Positions 8,346-18,334 of a stretch of DNA of 64,000 nucleotides are shown piece after piece. The first letter of the stretch is position 1, and every line of letters begins with the position of its first letter. This stretch comes from an uncultured archaeon (lineage in GTDB: Archaea > Nanobdellota > Nanobdellia > Pacearchaeales > GW2011-AR1), in NCBI GenBank assembly GCA_902386025.1, contig CABMHR010000001.1:99741-163740 (forward strand), written 5' to 3'. The translations under genes and the position numbers were made by a program. The notes beneath the pieces were generated by a model that was not told where the DNA came from, made no database searches, and worked only from the letters and a program-made list of their open reading frames with translations.

Positions 8346-8810
8346 TTAATTATCTTTTACGGTCCAAACATCTCCAAAATAAAAAGGGTCTCTCCTTTGA
8401 GTAGCTTTCTCTTGAGGGTTATATTCCTTATCAATCAAATGAAGAATAACTGCCTCTTTATTCGCTAAAGGAGTGTATCCATGCCATATCTTTGGAGAAG
8501 TCTTAACAAGTATTGGATTTCTCTCTCCAATTATAAAAGTCTTAACTTCTTTTGTTCCATCTTCTTTTTCTTTTATAGACACGTACTTAATATTCCCTTT
8601 TATACAGGTGGTGCATTCTGTTTGAGTTTCATTAAGATATAATCCTTTTATTATTCCCGGATATAAAACTGAAACAAGGGCTTGTCCAACATTTCCATTA
8701 AAAATATTATTATCTTTCCTTATCGAGATTAAATATCCTTGATCATTTGCAAAAGTGTCTAATTTTTTTACGTTTTCTTCTGCAGATTTGTCTGTATTTG
8801 AATCTTCCAT
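8346..8810 (-). CDS. RmlC-like cupin (dTDP-4-dehydrorhamnose 3,5-epimerase-related / sugar ketoisomerase)
   Basis: GIIKGLYL ... KIWHGYTPLANKEAVILHLIDKEYNPQ ... RRDPF follows the RmlC pattern (RGLH ... HGF ... Y.p..e ... dp). The first motif is degenerate. Confidence 0.5.
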   Translation of the reverse strand: MEDSNTDKSAEENVKKLDTFANDQGYLISIRKDNNIFNGNVGQALVSVLYPGIIKGLYLNETQTECTTCIKGNIKYVSIKEKEDGTKEVKTFIIGERNPILVKTSPKIWHGYTPLANKEAVILHLIDKEYNPQEKATQRRDPFYFGDVWTVKDN

Positions 8811-8957
8811 AATTTCAATTCAGGAATGTTCTTTAAATAAATTATTGATTTAGAATATATAACCCTAACCAATCCCCAATAAAAATTTTTTAGAAAGGAA
8901 AAGATTCTTGAATAATATTCAAAGCGTAGTTAAAATCTATACATCCTATTAATAACA

Positions 8958-8967
8958 TTTTTAAATA
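8958..8967 (+). promoter_or_regulatory. TATA-box-like element (TTTTTAAATA) about 25 nt upstream of the ATG at 8987
   Basis: Same position relative to the ATG as the other candidate boxes; suggests a leaderless or short-leader transcript. Confidence 0.35.
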
Positions 8968-8986
8968 AAGTTTAGCACCATTTTTA

Positions 8987-9973
8987 ATGGTAAGAACAAC
9001 TTCTTGGATTGATGTTTATCCCATAAACGAATCTGGTTTAGTCAGATATAATAAATTAGAAATTGTTAATTCTGGGGCAAGAGTTCAATTAAGCAAAGAA
9101 CTTTCTGATTATTGCACTGAGCAGTGGACTCCTAAAGCAGCAAAAGGCTGGAAAAGTTCTTGGTTGGCATTTGCTGAAAATCTTAAGTATTCATCTGACG
9201 GAGAACAGACTTATGTGACTATTAAACTAGGAGCAATGCCTTTCTTTATTTGTGATGGGATTGTTAAATCAATTGAAGAACAGAAAGATTTTGCTCCCAA
9301 ACAGGGATATGCCAATAGTGTGTCTATTGGTTTTCCAACTGCAACAAAAGATGGGAAAATAATGCTTCAGAGAAGAGCTCCAGATGTTCATTGTCCTAAT
9401 ATACTAATTCATGAACCTTGTGGTTATATGGCTTCAATGAATTTTGCTCCCAGAGCAGAATGTGACTTGGGAAAATATGCAGAGGATAGCAGATTGTTTG
9501 ATTTGGTGGGGCAACTGGATTATAGAAAAGAAGAAATAGCAAAAACCTTTAGCATTCCTTCTGAATTAGTTTCTTACGAACTAAGACAGGACTTTCTTGC
9601 AGCGGGATGGATAACCAAGGAAATGTATTTTTCAACAACAGGAAGAATTGATGTTAATTCAATAGAATTGAAAATTCCAGAGAATCAGGAAATATTCTTT
9701 GTTCCATTTGAACATTTGAAAGATTTAATCTACAATCAAGGAAAACTTTCTCAAATAAATGCAAATGGCTATCGTCCTTTAGATGCAAGAGAAATCCCAT
9801 TAATTGATGAAACGCTAATTGGGCTTGTTTGGGGATATGAAAAATTAACCGGAGAGAAATTGGATGTTGAAGACACAATTGCAAGATTAAACCACGACGG
9901 AATGAACATTAAAGTTTATCCTGCTTCTTCAGATGGTTTGAGTAATGAATATCAGTTTCCAACTAGGTTTTAA
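8987..9973 (+). CDS. Hypothetical protein (328 aa, no family recognised)
   Basis: Long clean ORF with its own TATA-like box. Amino-acid usage is richer in W/C/Q/A and poorer in K than its neighbours (by eye). Confidence 0.5.
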   Translation: MVRTTSWIDVYPINESGLVRYNKLEIVNSGARVQLSKELSDYCTEQWTPKAAKGWKSSWLAFAENLKYSSDGEQTYVTIKLGAMPFFICDGIVKSIEEQKDFAPKQGYANSVSIGFPTATKDGKIMLQRRAPDVHCPNILIHEPCGYMASMNFAPRAECDLGKYAEDSRLFDLVGQLDYRKEEIAKTFSIPSELVSYELRQDFLAAGWITKEMYFSTTGRIDVNSIELKIPENQEIFFVPFEHLKDLIYNQGKLSQINANGYRPLDAREIPLIDETLIGLVWGYEKLTGEKLDVEDTIARLNHDGMNIKVYPASSDGLSNEYQFPTRF

Positions 9974-9980
9974 TTAAATT

Positions 9981-12593
9981 TTAATATCTTATGTTAGTTG
10001 TCTGAGTTATCTTATTAAACACTTCTTCACCATTCTCCTTTCCCAATCTATCTATCACACAATCATGATATCTTGCCATTGATAACATCTTGCTTGTTTC
10101 AGAATTAAAATCTGTTTCTAATGCTGCCATTAGCCACTTTCTGTCAATTGGGTTTTCAGTCAAATAATTTTTTCCTTCATTTAATAGAGCTTTCATCCAC
10201 CTTTCATCAATTTCTCCCTTAACATACAATGTCCCGAATTTACAGATATTTCTTAATTTTTTCTCTATTTCTTCTGGAAATCGCAATCCCCCAATCCCCG
10301 TATTTGTGTCCCCAGAACAACTATCATTAATTGTAAATCCTCTTTCTCTCGCTATTTTGTCTATATGAGTATGGGGGTAAATTTGAAGAGGATAGAGGGA
10401 AATAATACTCCCCTTGCCAATTCTTTTCATTCCTTCTAATGTATCTAATGCATCTTCAACAGGATCGGATATTGGAAGTCCTACGATTGCCTGCAGATTA
10501 ACCCTATAGCCAAATGAAACCAGTCGGTCATACGCTTTTTTTATTTGTTCTTCATTATCCCATTGTCTGTTAAACATTTTCAATGATTCTGGACGAATTG
10601 CTTGAACTCCCAGCCCAACACAATTCACGATACCTCTTAATTTCTTTAATATCACGTCTGATGCTTTCAAAACACTGACAGAAGTTGTTGAGACATACAT
10701 TGGAAGATTTATCTCTTTTTTCCAAGCATCAATAAATTCAGAGAGCCATTCTTCTGCATTTCTTCCAGCAAATAAATCATCATCCACCCACTCAATGTCA
10801 TCTGTAGGATACTTTTTTATTACCTTTGCTTCTTCTATAACGGTTTTAATATCTCTTCTTCCTAAGAAATAATTTATCTGTGCTTCATTTCCAAACAATT
10901 CTCTTCTGTGCAGACTTGAAGAACTGCAATAAGTGCAGGCATATGGGCAACCTAACATAGAGAGAATAATCTTTCTGTAGCGGTATCCCATTCTTGGGAT
11001 ATCTTCATAACATTTTTCTCTTGCAGGCATAGGCAAATCATTTGGATTTCCAGGAATTGTTGTGATTATTCCTCTCTCACCTCCGAGGAATCTTTCAACA
11101 GAACCATTTACCGGGCCTCTGACAACAACATCAATATTTGGCAATTCTGAAATCTCTGGAGAAGCAGTTGCATGATGCCCCCCAAAAACCGAAATTACCT
11201 GGGGATTTTTTTCCTTAATCTTATTTAAAATATCATATGCCTGTGGGAAAAAAGTAGTCATTGGGGAAAACAAAACATAATTTGGACACCATTCCAGAAT
11301 ATGTTCAATTACTTTATCATCTCCTTCTGCATCAAAGAATTTTATTTCTTGATTTAATCTCTGCAACTCTCCTCCAACAAAATACAGCCCGTATGATTCT
11401 TCATTACCAAAACATATCAGTGCATGCTTCATTTTCTCCTCTCTCTTTTGGTAGAGATTTTTCTGTTTATAAAATTCTTTTATTTTTTCACAGATATATT
11501 TAACATCTTTTTTGTTAACTGCAGGATTAATTGGCAAATAAAGATATTTTTCATGAATATAATCCATATTTGGGCAGGAGCATTTAAATTTTTTAAATAC
11601 TTCAAATAAATCATTACGCAATTGCACCATATTCACATCAATGCCATTATTCAAAAGAAATTCTGCTAATTCATCCCTATATTCTGATAAAATTCCAAAT
11701 AACCAATAAGAACCGCCTGCTATTGGAATTACTTCTTTTGGTAGTTCTTTTAGATATTCTAATGCTAAAGATTTTCTATATTCAATAATCAAATCTAAAT
11801 GGGGAAGTGATGCTAATCCAAAGCAAGCATCAATGTCTGTGGGTTGGTATTTATAGCCTGCTTCTTCAATATCAAAAGTCATTTCCCTGCGTTCCCAAGC
11901 CTGATAATTTTTTCTGGCTTTCAGCTCTCTATCAATGCCAAACCATCTTAACAATTTAGCTCTATCGTATTCTTCTTTATTTTTTAAAACTAATATCCCC
12001 CCATCTCCAGTGGTTATATGTTTGATTGCTTGAAGAGAATAACAAATATAATCCCCCTCCAAATTTTTTGGTGCATGGTGTTGCGAAGCATCAACAATAA
12101 CGGGGATATTCTTTTCCCTAGCTAATTTAAATATTTCTGGGTTTGCTTCTATTCCTCCCAAATGAACAACGACAATTGCTTTTGTATTTTCAGTTATTTT
12201 TTTTCTTACATCAATTGGGTCAATATTCAAAGTGTCTCTTTCTATATCTGCAAAAACAATTTTTACATTACGCCTCATAAGACCCATTTGTCCTGCAGTG
12301 CAGTCTAAAACAGGAACTATAACTTCATCATCTTTTTTAAGATTCAATAAATGATATGCTAGTTCAAGTGCAGAAGTCCCTGAATTCAGGAATAAAACAT
12401 GCTTATAACCAAATTTTTTGCCAAATTCTTTTTCAAATTTATCTACTTTCGGCCCTTGACCGAGCCATCTTCCTTCAAGTGTCTCTTCTATTTCTTTTAA
12501 TATTTCTTGTTTTGGAACAAATGGCCAAAAAAGAGGAATCTTTAATTTTTTTGTATCTTGAAAGATTTCCTTTAAAGTTTTATCCTCATCCAT
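9981..12593 (-). CDS. Fusion protein: DegT/DnrJ/EryC1-type PLP sugar aminotransferase/dehydratase (N) + B12-binding radical SAM domain (C)
   Basis: N-terminal half: GQGPKVDKFEKEF..., SGTSALELA, YSLQAIKHITTGDGG (PLP-Lys motif). C-terminal half starts near ...EEKMKHALICFGNEESYG with a cobalamin-domain pattern and LGCPYACTYCSSS (CX3CX2C). One uninterrupted 870-aa frame. Confidence 0.75.
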   Translation of the reverse strand: MDEDKTLKEIFQDTKKLKIPLFWPFVPKQEILKEIEETLEGRWLGQGPKVDKFEKEFGKKFGYKHVLFLNSGTSALELAYHLLNLKKDDEVIVPVLDCTAGQMGLMRRNVKIVFADIERDTLNIDPIDVRKKITENTKAIVVVHLGGIEANPEIFKLAREKNIPVIVDASQHHAPKNLEGDYICYSLQAIKHITTGDGGILVLKNKEEYDRAKLLRWFGIDRELKARKNYQAWERREMTFDIEEAGYKYQPTDIDACFGLASLPHLDLIIEYRKSLALEYLKELPKEVIPIAGGSYWLFGILSEYRDELAEFLLNNGIDVNMVQLRNDLFEVFKKFKCSCPNMDYIHEKYLYLPINPAVNKKDVKYICEKIKEFYKQKNLYQKREEKMKHALICFGNEESYGLYFVGGELQRLNQEIKFFDAEGDDKVIEHILEWCPNYVLFSPMTTFFPQAYDILNKIKEKNPQVISVFGGHHATASPEISELPNIDVVVRGPVNGSVERFLGGERGIITTIPGNPNDLPMPAREKCYEDIPRMGYRYRKIILSMLGCPYACTYCSSSSLHRRELFGNEAQINYFLGRRDIKTVIEEAKVIKKYPTDDIEWVDDDLFAGRNAEEWLSEFIDAWKKEINLPMYVSTTSVSVLKASDVILKKLRGIVNCVGLGVQAIRPESLKMFNRQWDNEEQIKKAYDRLVSFGYRVNLQAIVGLPISDPVEDALDTLEGMKRIGKGSIISLYPLQIYPHTHIDKIARERGFTINDSCSGDTNTGIGGLRFPEEIEKKLRNICKFGTLYVKGEIDERWMKALLNEGKNYLTENPIDRKWLMAALETDFNSETSKMLSMARYHDCVIDRLGKENGEEVFNKITQTTNIRY

Positions 12594-12667
12594 CCTTTTT
12601 CTCCATATCTTTATTATTCAAGTTTTTCTTTTTAAGCTTTCTCAATCTTTTGTATATATCCTTAATA

Positions 12668-13555
12668 CTAGATATTATCTTTTTTTATAAGATAATCAAG
12701 TACTTCAGATTGTTTTTTTGTTATCTGTGAAAGCTTTTCTATAATCGCTTGTTTATTATCACTTTTTGAAGGGAATTTAAATGTTTCAGAAAAATCATCG
12801 GTATCGCTCCAAAAACTTTCTTCGGTTATTTCTCTTCCCTTTGCTAAATTGCTTGCTCGGTTAAGTGATTCAAAAGTTCCTGCATCTGACCAAAATCCCT
12901 TGAGTATATCATAATAGCATTTTCCAGATTTTACATAAACATCTATAGCATCAGTAATTTCCAATTCTCCCCGTGCAGAACGCTTTAATGTTCTTATTAC
13001 ATCAAAGATTTTTGAATCAAATATGCATAATCCTGTAGAAGCCAAATTGCTCTTTGGATTTTCAGGTTTTTCTTCCACATAGATTACCTTGCTTCCCTCT
13101 ATAACTGCAATTCCAAATCTTTTGGCTGCTTTTAATCCCACTTCTTTTAAAAAAAGTTTGCATCCTCCTGTTTCTTTCATTTTATTTTCAAAATCTTTTA
13201 TCTGCTGGGAAAAATTTTCTTCAAATATATTATCCCCTAATATTTCTACTATTGGTTCTTTATTTGCAAAATCTTCTGCTAATGCTAATGCTTCAGCAAT
13301 ACCCCCAGAACCTTCTTGAACTTTGTAGGTTAGATTAACTCCAAAATCAGCACCAGAGCCAAGGAGGTTTGTAAAATCCCCAACATGTTCTCTCCCAGAG
13401 ATAATCATAATATCTTTAATTCCTGCATCAATCAGGGTAAAAAGAGGGTAATAAATCATTGGCTTATTGTAAACAGGAAGTAAATGTTTGTTTGTAACTT
13501 TCGTGCAAGGCATTAATCGTGAACCAGTCCCTCCTGCTAAGATTACCCCTTTCAT
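12668..13555 (-). CDS. rmlA: Glucose-1-phosphate thymidylyltransferase-like NDP-sugar pyrophosphorylase (long form)
   Basis: MKGVILAGGTGSRLMPCTKVTNKHLLPVYNKPMIYYPL. Start set to the internal ATG at 13555, which forms an ATGA overlap with the rmlB stop; the track start at 13576 would overlap rmlB by 25 nt. Confidence 0.8.
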   Translation of the reverse strand: MKGVILAGGTGSRLMPCTKVTNKHLLPVYNKPMIYYPLFTLIDAGIKDIMIISGREHVGDFTNLLGSGADFGVNLTYKVQEGSGGIAEALALAEDFANKEPIVEILGDNIFEENFSQQIKDFENKMKETGGCKLFLKEVGLKAAKRFGIAVIEGSKVIYVEEKPENPKSNLASTGLCIFDSKIFDVIRTLKRSARGELEITDAIDVYVKSGKCYYDILKGFWSDAGTFESLNRASNLAKGREITEESFWSDTDDFSETFKFPSKSDNKQAIIEKLSQITKKQSEVLDYLIKKDNI

Positions 13556-14544
13556 ATTTTTAATGGCCTCCACCAATCAGGATTGTTTTTATACCATTCA
13601 ATAACCTTTTCTATTTCTTCTTCTAAATTTTTATGAATGTATGTGAAACCCAGCTTTTTCAATTTGTGCCCTAAAATAGAATATCTAAAATCATGTGCCT
13701 TTCTATGAGGGACTTTTTCAATCATCTCTTCTCCAAATCCAAGGTATCTCAAAATAATTTTTGTAATCTCATAATTTGTCTTCTCATTTTCCCCTGGAAT
13801 ATTATAGATATTTCCATTTTCTCCGTTCTTTGAAATAAACCAAATTGCTCTGCAATTATCTTTGACATTCAGCCAGTCTCTTACATTTAATCCTGGATTT
13901 TCTTCACTCCACATTAAAGGGACTTTTTTTCCTTCAATAAGATTGGTAATAAATAAAGGAAGAATCTTTTCAGGAAATTGATATGGGCCATAATTATTTG
14001 CACTTCTTGTAATTATTACTGGAAGATTATGAGTTTTAAAATAAGAAAGAGCCATTATTTCTGCAGCAGCTTTACTTGAAGAATAAGGACTTGAAGGGTT
14101 CAAGAAAGATTCTTCAGAAAAATTTCCTTGATTTATGCTCCCATAAACTTCATCTGTTGAAATCTGAATAATCTTTTTTATTTTGTTATTTAACGCGGCT
14201 TTAAATATATTACATGCCCCCAAAAAATTAGACTGCTCAAAAGCATTCGAATTTTCAATACTTCTATCTACATGACTTTCTGCTGCAAAATTGAAGATTA
14301 TATCCGGCTTATTTTTTGCTATAATATAATTAACAAGTTCCATGTTTGTAATATCTCCCTCTATAAATTCATAATTTTTGTTTTGGGAAAGATTCATATG
14401 TTCAATATTTCTCCCTTTTCCTGCATAAGTCATCTTGTCTATATTGAGAATCATTACTTCTTCCCCGATTTCCTTATCTGTCAAGAGGTATTGGATGAAG
14501 TTGCTTCCAATAAATCCACAGCCTCCCGTCACCAAAATCTTCAT
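13552..14544 (-). CDS. rmlB: dTDP-glucose 4,6-dehydratase
   Basis: ILVTGGCGFIGSNF, STDEVYG, YSSSKAAAE (YxxxK). Confidence 0.85.
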   Translation of the reverse strand: MKILVTGGCGFIGSNFIQYLLTDKEIGEEVMILNIDKMTYAGKGRNIEHMNLSQNKNYEFIEGDITNMELVNYIIAKNKPDIIFNFAAESHVDRSIENSNAFEQSNFLGACNIFKAALNNKIKKIIQISTDEVYGSINQGNFSEESFLNPSSPYSSSKAAAEIMALSYFKTHNLPVIITRSANNYGPYQFPEKILPLFITNLIEGKKVPLMWSEENPGLNVRDWLNVKDNCRAIWFISKNGENGNIYNIPGENEKTNYEITKIILRYLGFGEEMIEKVPHRKAHDFRYSILGHKLKKLGFTYIHKNLEEEIEKVIEWYKNNPDWWRPLKI

Positions 14545-14644
14545 TTTAATACAATCTTCAAGTTCTTTTTAAGAATTCTTATGTTAAGATATATAGTATA
14601 AATACCCCTTCCTTTTTAGTATAAGAATTAAAGATACATAATTC

Positions 14645-14653
14645 TTATAAATA
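14645..14653 (+). promoter_or_regulatory. TATA-box-like element (TTATAAATA) about 24 nt upstream of the ATG at 14673
   Basis: Lies in the divergent intergenic region between rmlB and the GT4 gene. Confidence 0.35.
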
Positions 14654-14672
14654 TCTTATTTTCTAATCCACT

Positions 14673-15827
14673 ATGAGAATTGCTCATATAAATATGTTTT
14701 TTCTTCCGACTTTTGGAGGGGTAGAACAGGTAATGTATGAATTGGCAAAGAGGCAAGTTCAAGAAGGGCACGAGGTTCATATTTTTTGCTGTGATTCAGA
14801 CAAAAATTTAAAGATAGAAAAAAAAGAAGATATCATAGAAGGAATTTATGTTCATAGATTTCCCTACTGGTTCAGACTTTCTTTAAACACTTTTATCTGG
14901 CCTTCATTATTATGGAGATTCAGAAACTATGGGAAATTTGATGTAGTTCATACTCATGTTTCAGGACATGCATATATATTATTTGCAGGAGTTCTTTGTA
15001 AAATGAGAAAAATTAAACATATCCACACAACACACTGCCCTTGGACAGACTCTTCTTTTCGTCCATGGATATTGAAACCATTTTTATTTCTGAATGATTT
15101 ATTCTTCAATAAATTTTCATTTAGTTTTATTGACAAAATAATTGCAATCACCCCTTGGGAGATTGAAACCTTAAAGAAATATGTTGAAGATAAAGATAAA
15201 ATAACAATAATCCCCAATGGTGTAGATAAAATTTTGTATAAACAAGTTAAAAATAATGAATTTAAGAAAAAAAATAATATTAAAGAGAAATATCTTGTTT
15301 TGTTTTTTGGTAGATTAAATCCAACAAAAGGACCAGAAGTATTGGCAAGAGCAGCAATAAATATCACCAAACAAAGAAAAGACATCTTTTTTGCATGGAT
15401 TGGGCCAGATGAAGGAAAGGCAGAAGAGGTTAAGAGATTAATAAAAAACTTCCCCAATATGAGGTATTTTGGTCCGATAAAAGGAAAAGAGAACATTGCA
15501 GAAATGTATCAAGCAGCAGATGTTTATGTTCTTCCTAGTTACAGGGAAGGGCTTCCATTAACTTTATTTGAAGCAATGGCATCAGGACTTCCAATAATAG
15601 CTTCTCCAGTTAACGGAGTCCCTTATGAGATGAAAAAAGATGAAAATGGGTTCTTTTCAAACTATCAAGATATTGAATCCTTAGAAAAAAACATATTAAG
15701 AATTATAAATAATCCAAGATTAGCAGAGAAGATATCAAAAAATAATATTGTCAAATCTAAAGATTATTCTTGGGAAGATATTTATAAAAAATATATGGGA
15801 GAATATGAAAAACTTCTAAAATATTAA
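14673..15827 (+). CDS. GT-B glycosyltransferase (family 4 / group 1)
   Basis: GGVEQVMYELAKR..., C-terminal EGLPLTLFEAMASGLPIIAS (EX7E region). Confidence 0.8.
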   Translation: MRIAHINMFFLPTFGGVEQVMYELAKRQVQEGHEVHIFCCDSDKNLKIEKKEDIIEGIYVHRFPYWFRLSLNTFIWPSLLWRFRNYGKFDVVHTHVSGHAYILFAGVLCKMRKIKHIHTTHCPWTDSSFRPWILKPFLFLNDLFFNKFSFSFIDKIIAITPWEIETLKKYVEDKDKITIIPNGVDKILYKQVKNNEFKKKNNIKEKYLVLFFGRLNPTKGPEVLARAAINITKQRKDIFFAWIGPDEGKAEEVKRLIKNFPNMRYFGPIKGKENIAEMYQAADVYVLPSYREGLPLTLFEAMASGLPIIASPVNGVPYEMKKDENGFFSNYQDIESLEKNILRIINNPRLAEKISKNNIVKSKDYSWEDIYKKYMGEYEKLLKY

Positions 15828-15828
15828 A

Positions 15829-17361
15829 ATGAAGATAACTCTAATTTCTACATCAACTTATCCCTCAGACCAAGGAATAAGAACAATCTCTGCAGTTCTA
15901 AAAAAAGCAGGATATGATGTAACCCTCATTTTTATGGCTCTTTCTGAAGATTATTCTGTAAACTATTCACTATCTGAACTGAGACAGTTAGAAAATCTCT
16001 GCAAGAATAGTCAGTTAATAGGCATAAATTCCTTTGCATCTACTTCTATGAGAGCGAAACGCATAATTTCTTATCTAAAAAAATTGAAAATCCCAATTGT
16101 TTATGGGGGGGTTCATGCAACAATCGCTCCGGAAGATTGCATAAACCTCTGTGATATTATCTGCTTGGGAGAGGGAGAAGAAGCGATAATGGATTTAGCT
16201 AAATCAATAGAAAAGGAAAAATCTATAGATAAAATAAAAAATATTTGGATAAATAAAGGTGGAAAAATAATCAGAAACCCAGTAAGAAGATTAATTGATA
16301 ATATTGATAATATCCCCTTCCCAGATTATGAAACCCAAAACCATTTTATCTTAGATTCTGGCAGAATAAGAAGGTTTCAAGAAAAAGATTTAGACGGAGC
16401 AATATTCTTCCTTACGGGGAGAGGATGCCCTTATGGATGTGATTATTGCAGTAATAGCTTATTAAATGAATTATATAAGGGAAAATGCAAAAAGATAATT
16501 CGCTGGCATTCTCCAGAATACATTATTGACGGAATTTTGGAAATGAAAAAGAAGTTTCCATCACTCAGCTATTTTGATATCCGTGACGATACTTTTTCAT
16601 TGCGTCCGTTAGAAGATATAAAAAAATTTTGCAGTTTATACAAGGAAAAAGTCAATATGAGGTTTAAATGTTTGGGAGACCCAAAAACAATAACTGAAGA
16701 AAAAATATCCTTGCTGGTTGATGCAGGATGCACCGACATTATTATTGGTATTCAGGGAAGTGAAAAAACAAATTTAGAAATTTATCACCGAAATCAAAAA
16801 GATGAAAATGTTTTAAATGCTTCCAAAATACTTCATAAATATAAAGACAAATTGGCAGTAATGTATGATGTAATCACCTGTAATCCATATGAACTACCAG
16901 AAAATATAATTTTATTAATAAGACTATTGCAGAAGCTTCCAAAACCTTATTTTTTATCGGTGAATAATCTTGTATTCTTTCCAGGCTCCAAATTGGATAA
17001 AAGAGCAAGAGAAGACGGGAAGATAAAGACTGAAAAAGATGCAGCATATCAACTTAATTATTGGGACAGAAAAGCACATATTCTCCTTAAAAGGAAAAAT
17101 ATGTATCTGGTATTAATCCTGAACTTAATGAGGGGTTCAGCTACAAGAACTCGTTTTGGAATTATGCCCAATTTTTTATTAAATTATTTATTAAAAAAGA
17201 AGAGGATAAGAAGAAATTTGAAGAACAACTTCTTAACATTAACTGTTTTATATTGCATTGGTTTTTATGATTTAATAAGAGAAAAAATTATCAAACCTGC
17301 TTATAGAAGCCTTCCAATAAACTTTAAGGTTTGGTATGACCAGATAAGGTACAGATTGTGA
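15829..17361 (+). CDS. B12-binding-domain radical SAM enzyme
   Basis: MKITLISTS...AVLKKAGYDVTLIF (cobalamin-domain pattern), GRGCPYGCDYCSN (CX3CX2C). Confidence 0.8.
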   Translation: MKITLISTSTYPSDQGIRTISAVLKKAGYDVTLIFMALSEDYSVNYSLSELRQLENLCKNSQLIGINSFASTSMRAKRIISYLKKLKIPIVYGGVHATIAPEDCINLCDIICLGEGEEAIMDLAKSIEKEKSIDKIKNIWINKGGKIIRNPVRRLIDNIDNIPFPDYETQNHFILDSGRIRRFQEKDLDGAIFFLTGRGCPYGCDYCSNSLLNELYKGKCKKIIRWHSPEYIIDGILEMKKKFPSLSYFDIRDDTFSLRPLEDIKKFCSLYKEKVNMRFKCLGDPKTITEEKISLLVDAGCTDIIIGIQGSEKTNLEIYHRNQKDENVLNASKILHKYKDKLAVMYDVITCNPYELPENIILLIRLLQKLPKPYFLSVNNLVFFPGSKLDKRAREDGKIKTEKDAAYQLNYWDRKAHILLKRKNMYLVLILNLMRGSATRTRFGIMPNFLLNYLLKKKRIRRNLKNNFLTLTVLYCIGFYDLIREKIIKPAYRSLPINFKVWYDQIRYRL

Positions 17362-17420
17362 AACAGAAGGATGTTCACTTTTCATCTTATTTCTAATTTG
17401 TAATTCTTGCTACATAAATC

Positions 17421-17428
17421 TTTTTAAG
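17421..17428 (+). promoter_or_regulatory. TATA-box-like element (TTTTTAAG) about 25 nt upstream of the ATG at 17450
   Basis: Same position relative to the ATG as the other candidates. Confidence 0.3.
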
Positions 17429-17449
17429 AGCAGTTTATTTTTAGGAAAA

Positions 17450-18322
17450 ATGATATCCATTATTGTAACTGCTTTTGAATCTCCAGATTATACCAAAGAA
17501 TGTATTGAGAGGATTTTAAATCAGGATATTCAGGAAGAGTATGAATTAATCGCAGCATGCCCAGACAAACCAACAAAAAAGATTATTATGGATTATAAAA
17601 AAAATTTCCCTAAATTAATAAAATATATCCATCAGGATTATACTTGTTCAAAAAATCAGCTTATGAATAATATCCTTCAAATTGCTAAAGGGAGAATTTT
17701 AATCTGGACAGACGGAAATAAATTTTTTGAAAAAGATGCAATAAACTTACTCTTAAAACCTTTTCAGGATGAAAAAGTAGGGGTTGTTGGGGGGAGGATA
17801 ATCCCTTTAAATAATAAGGGAACCATCTACGATGTTTGGGCAAATGTTCTTACAAAAGGGCTTCATAAAATGAGAGAAAAGAGGTTTCAAAAAAGAACTT
17901 TCATAGAACATAGTTCCAACATTTTAGCTATGAGAAGCGGGATAATAAAAAAAATTCCTCTTGATGTTGCAGAAGGGTCTGTAATTTCTTTCTTAATAAC
18001 CAATAAGGGGTATAAAAATGTGTATGTTAAAGAAGCAATGGTTTTAGTTAAGTATCCAAAAGGATTAAAAGAATGTTTTAAACAAAGAGCCCGCAGTGCA
18101 AAAGCTCATATGGAACTGTTAAAATATTCCAAAAATAGCAGAATTAAATATAATAATTTTTATAATCAGGTTTTATCTCAAATACTGAAAAATATTTTTA
18201 AAGAATTTTTTCAATCTTTATTATTTGTATTCTTTATGATTTTCGTGCAGTTGAGAGCCTATTTTTCTTTAAGGATAAGAAAAAAAAATTATATAGCAAG
18301 ATGGATAGTGGAAAAGAAATAA
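17450..18322 (+). CDS. Family 2 glycosyltransferase (paralogue of 24165..25076)
   Basis: MISIIVTAFESPDYT..., WTDGNKF, GGRIIP. Colinear with the 24165 gene along its whole length. Confidence 0.7.
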   Translation: MISIIVTAFESPDYTKECIERILNQDIQEEYELIAACPDKPTKKIIMDYKKNFPKLIKYIHQDYTCSKNQLMNNILQIAKGRILIWTDGNKFFEKDAINLLLKPFQDEKVGVVGGRIIPLNNKGTIYDVWANVLTKGLHKMREKRFQKRTFIEHSSNILAMRSGIIKKIPLDVAEGSVISFLITNKGYKNVYVKEAMVLVKYPKGLKECFKQRARSAKAHMELLKYSKNSRIKYNNFYNQVLSQILKNIFKEFFQSLLFVFFMIFVQLRAYFSLRIRKKNYIARWIVEKK

Positions 18323-18334
18323 TCTCTATAGGAA

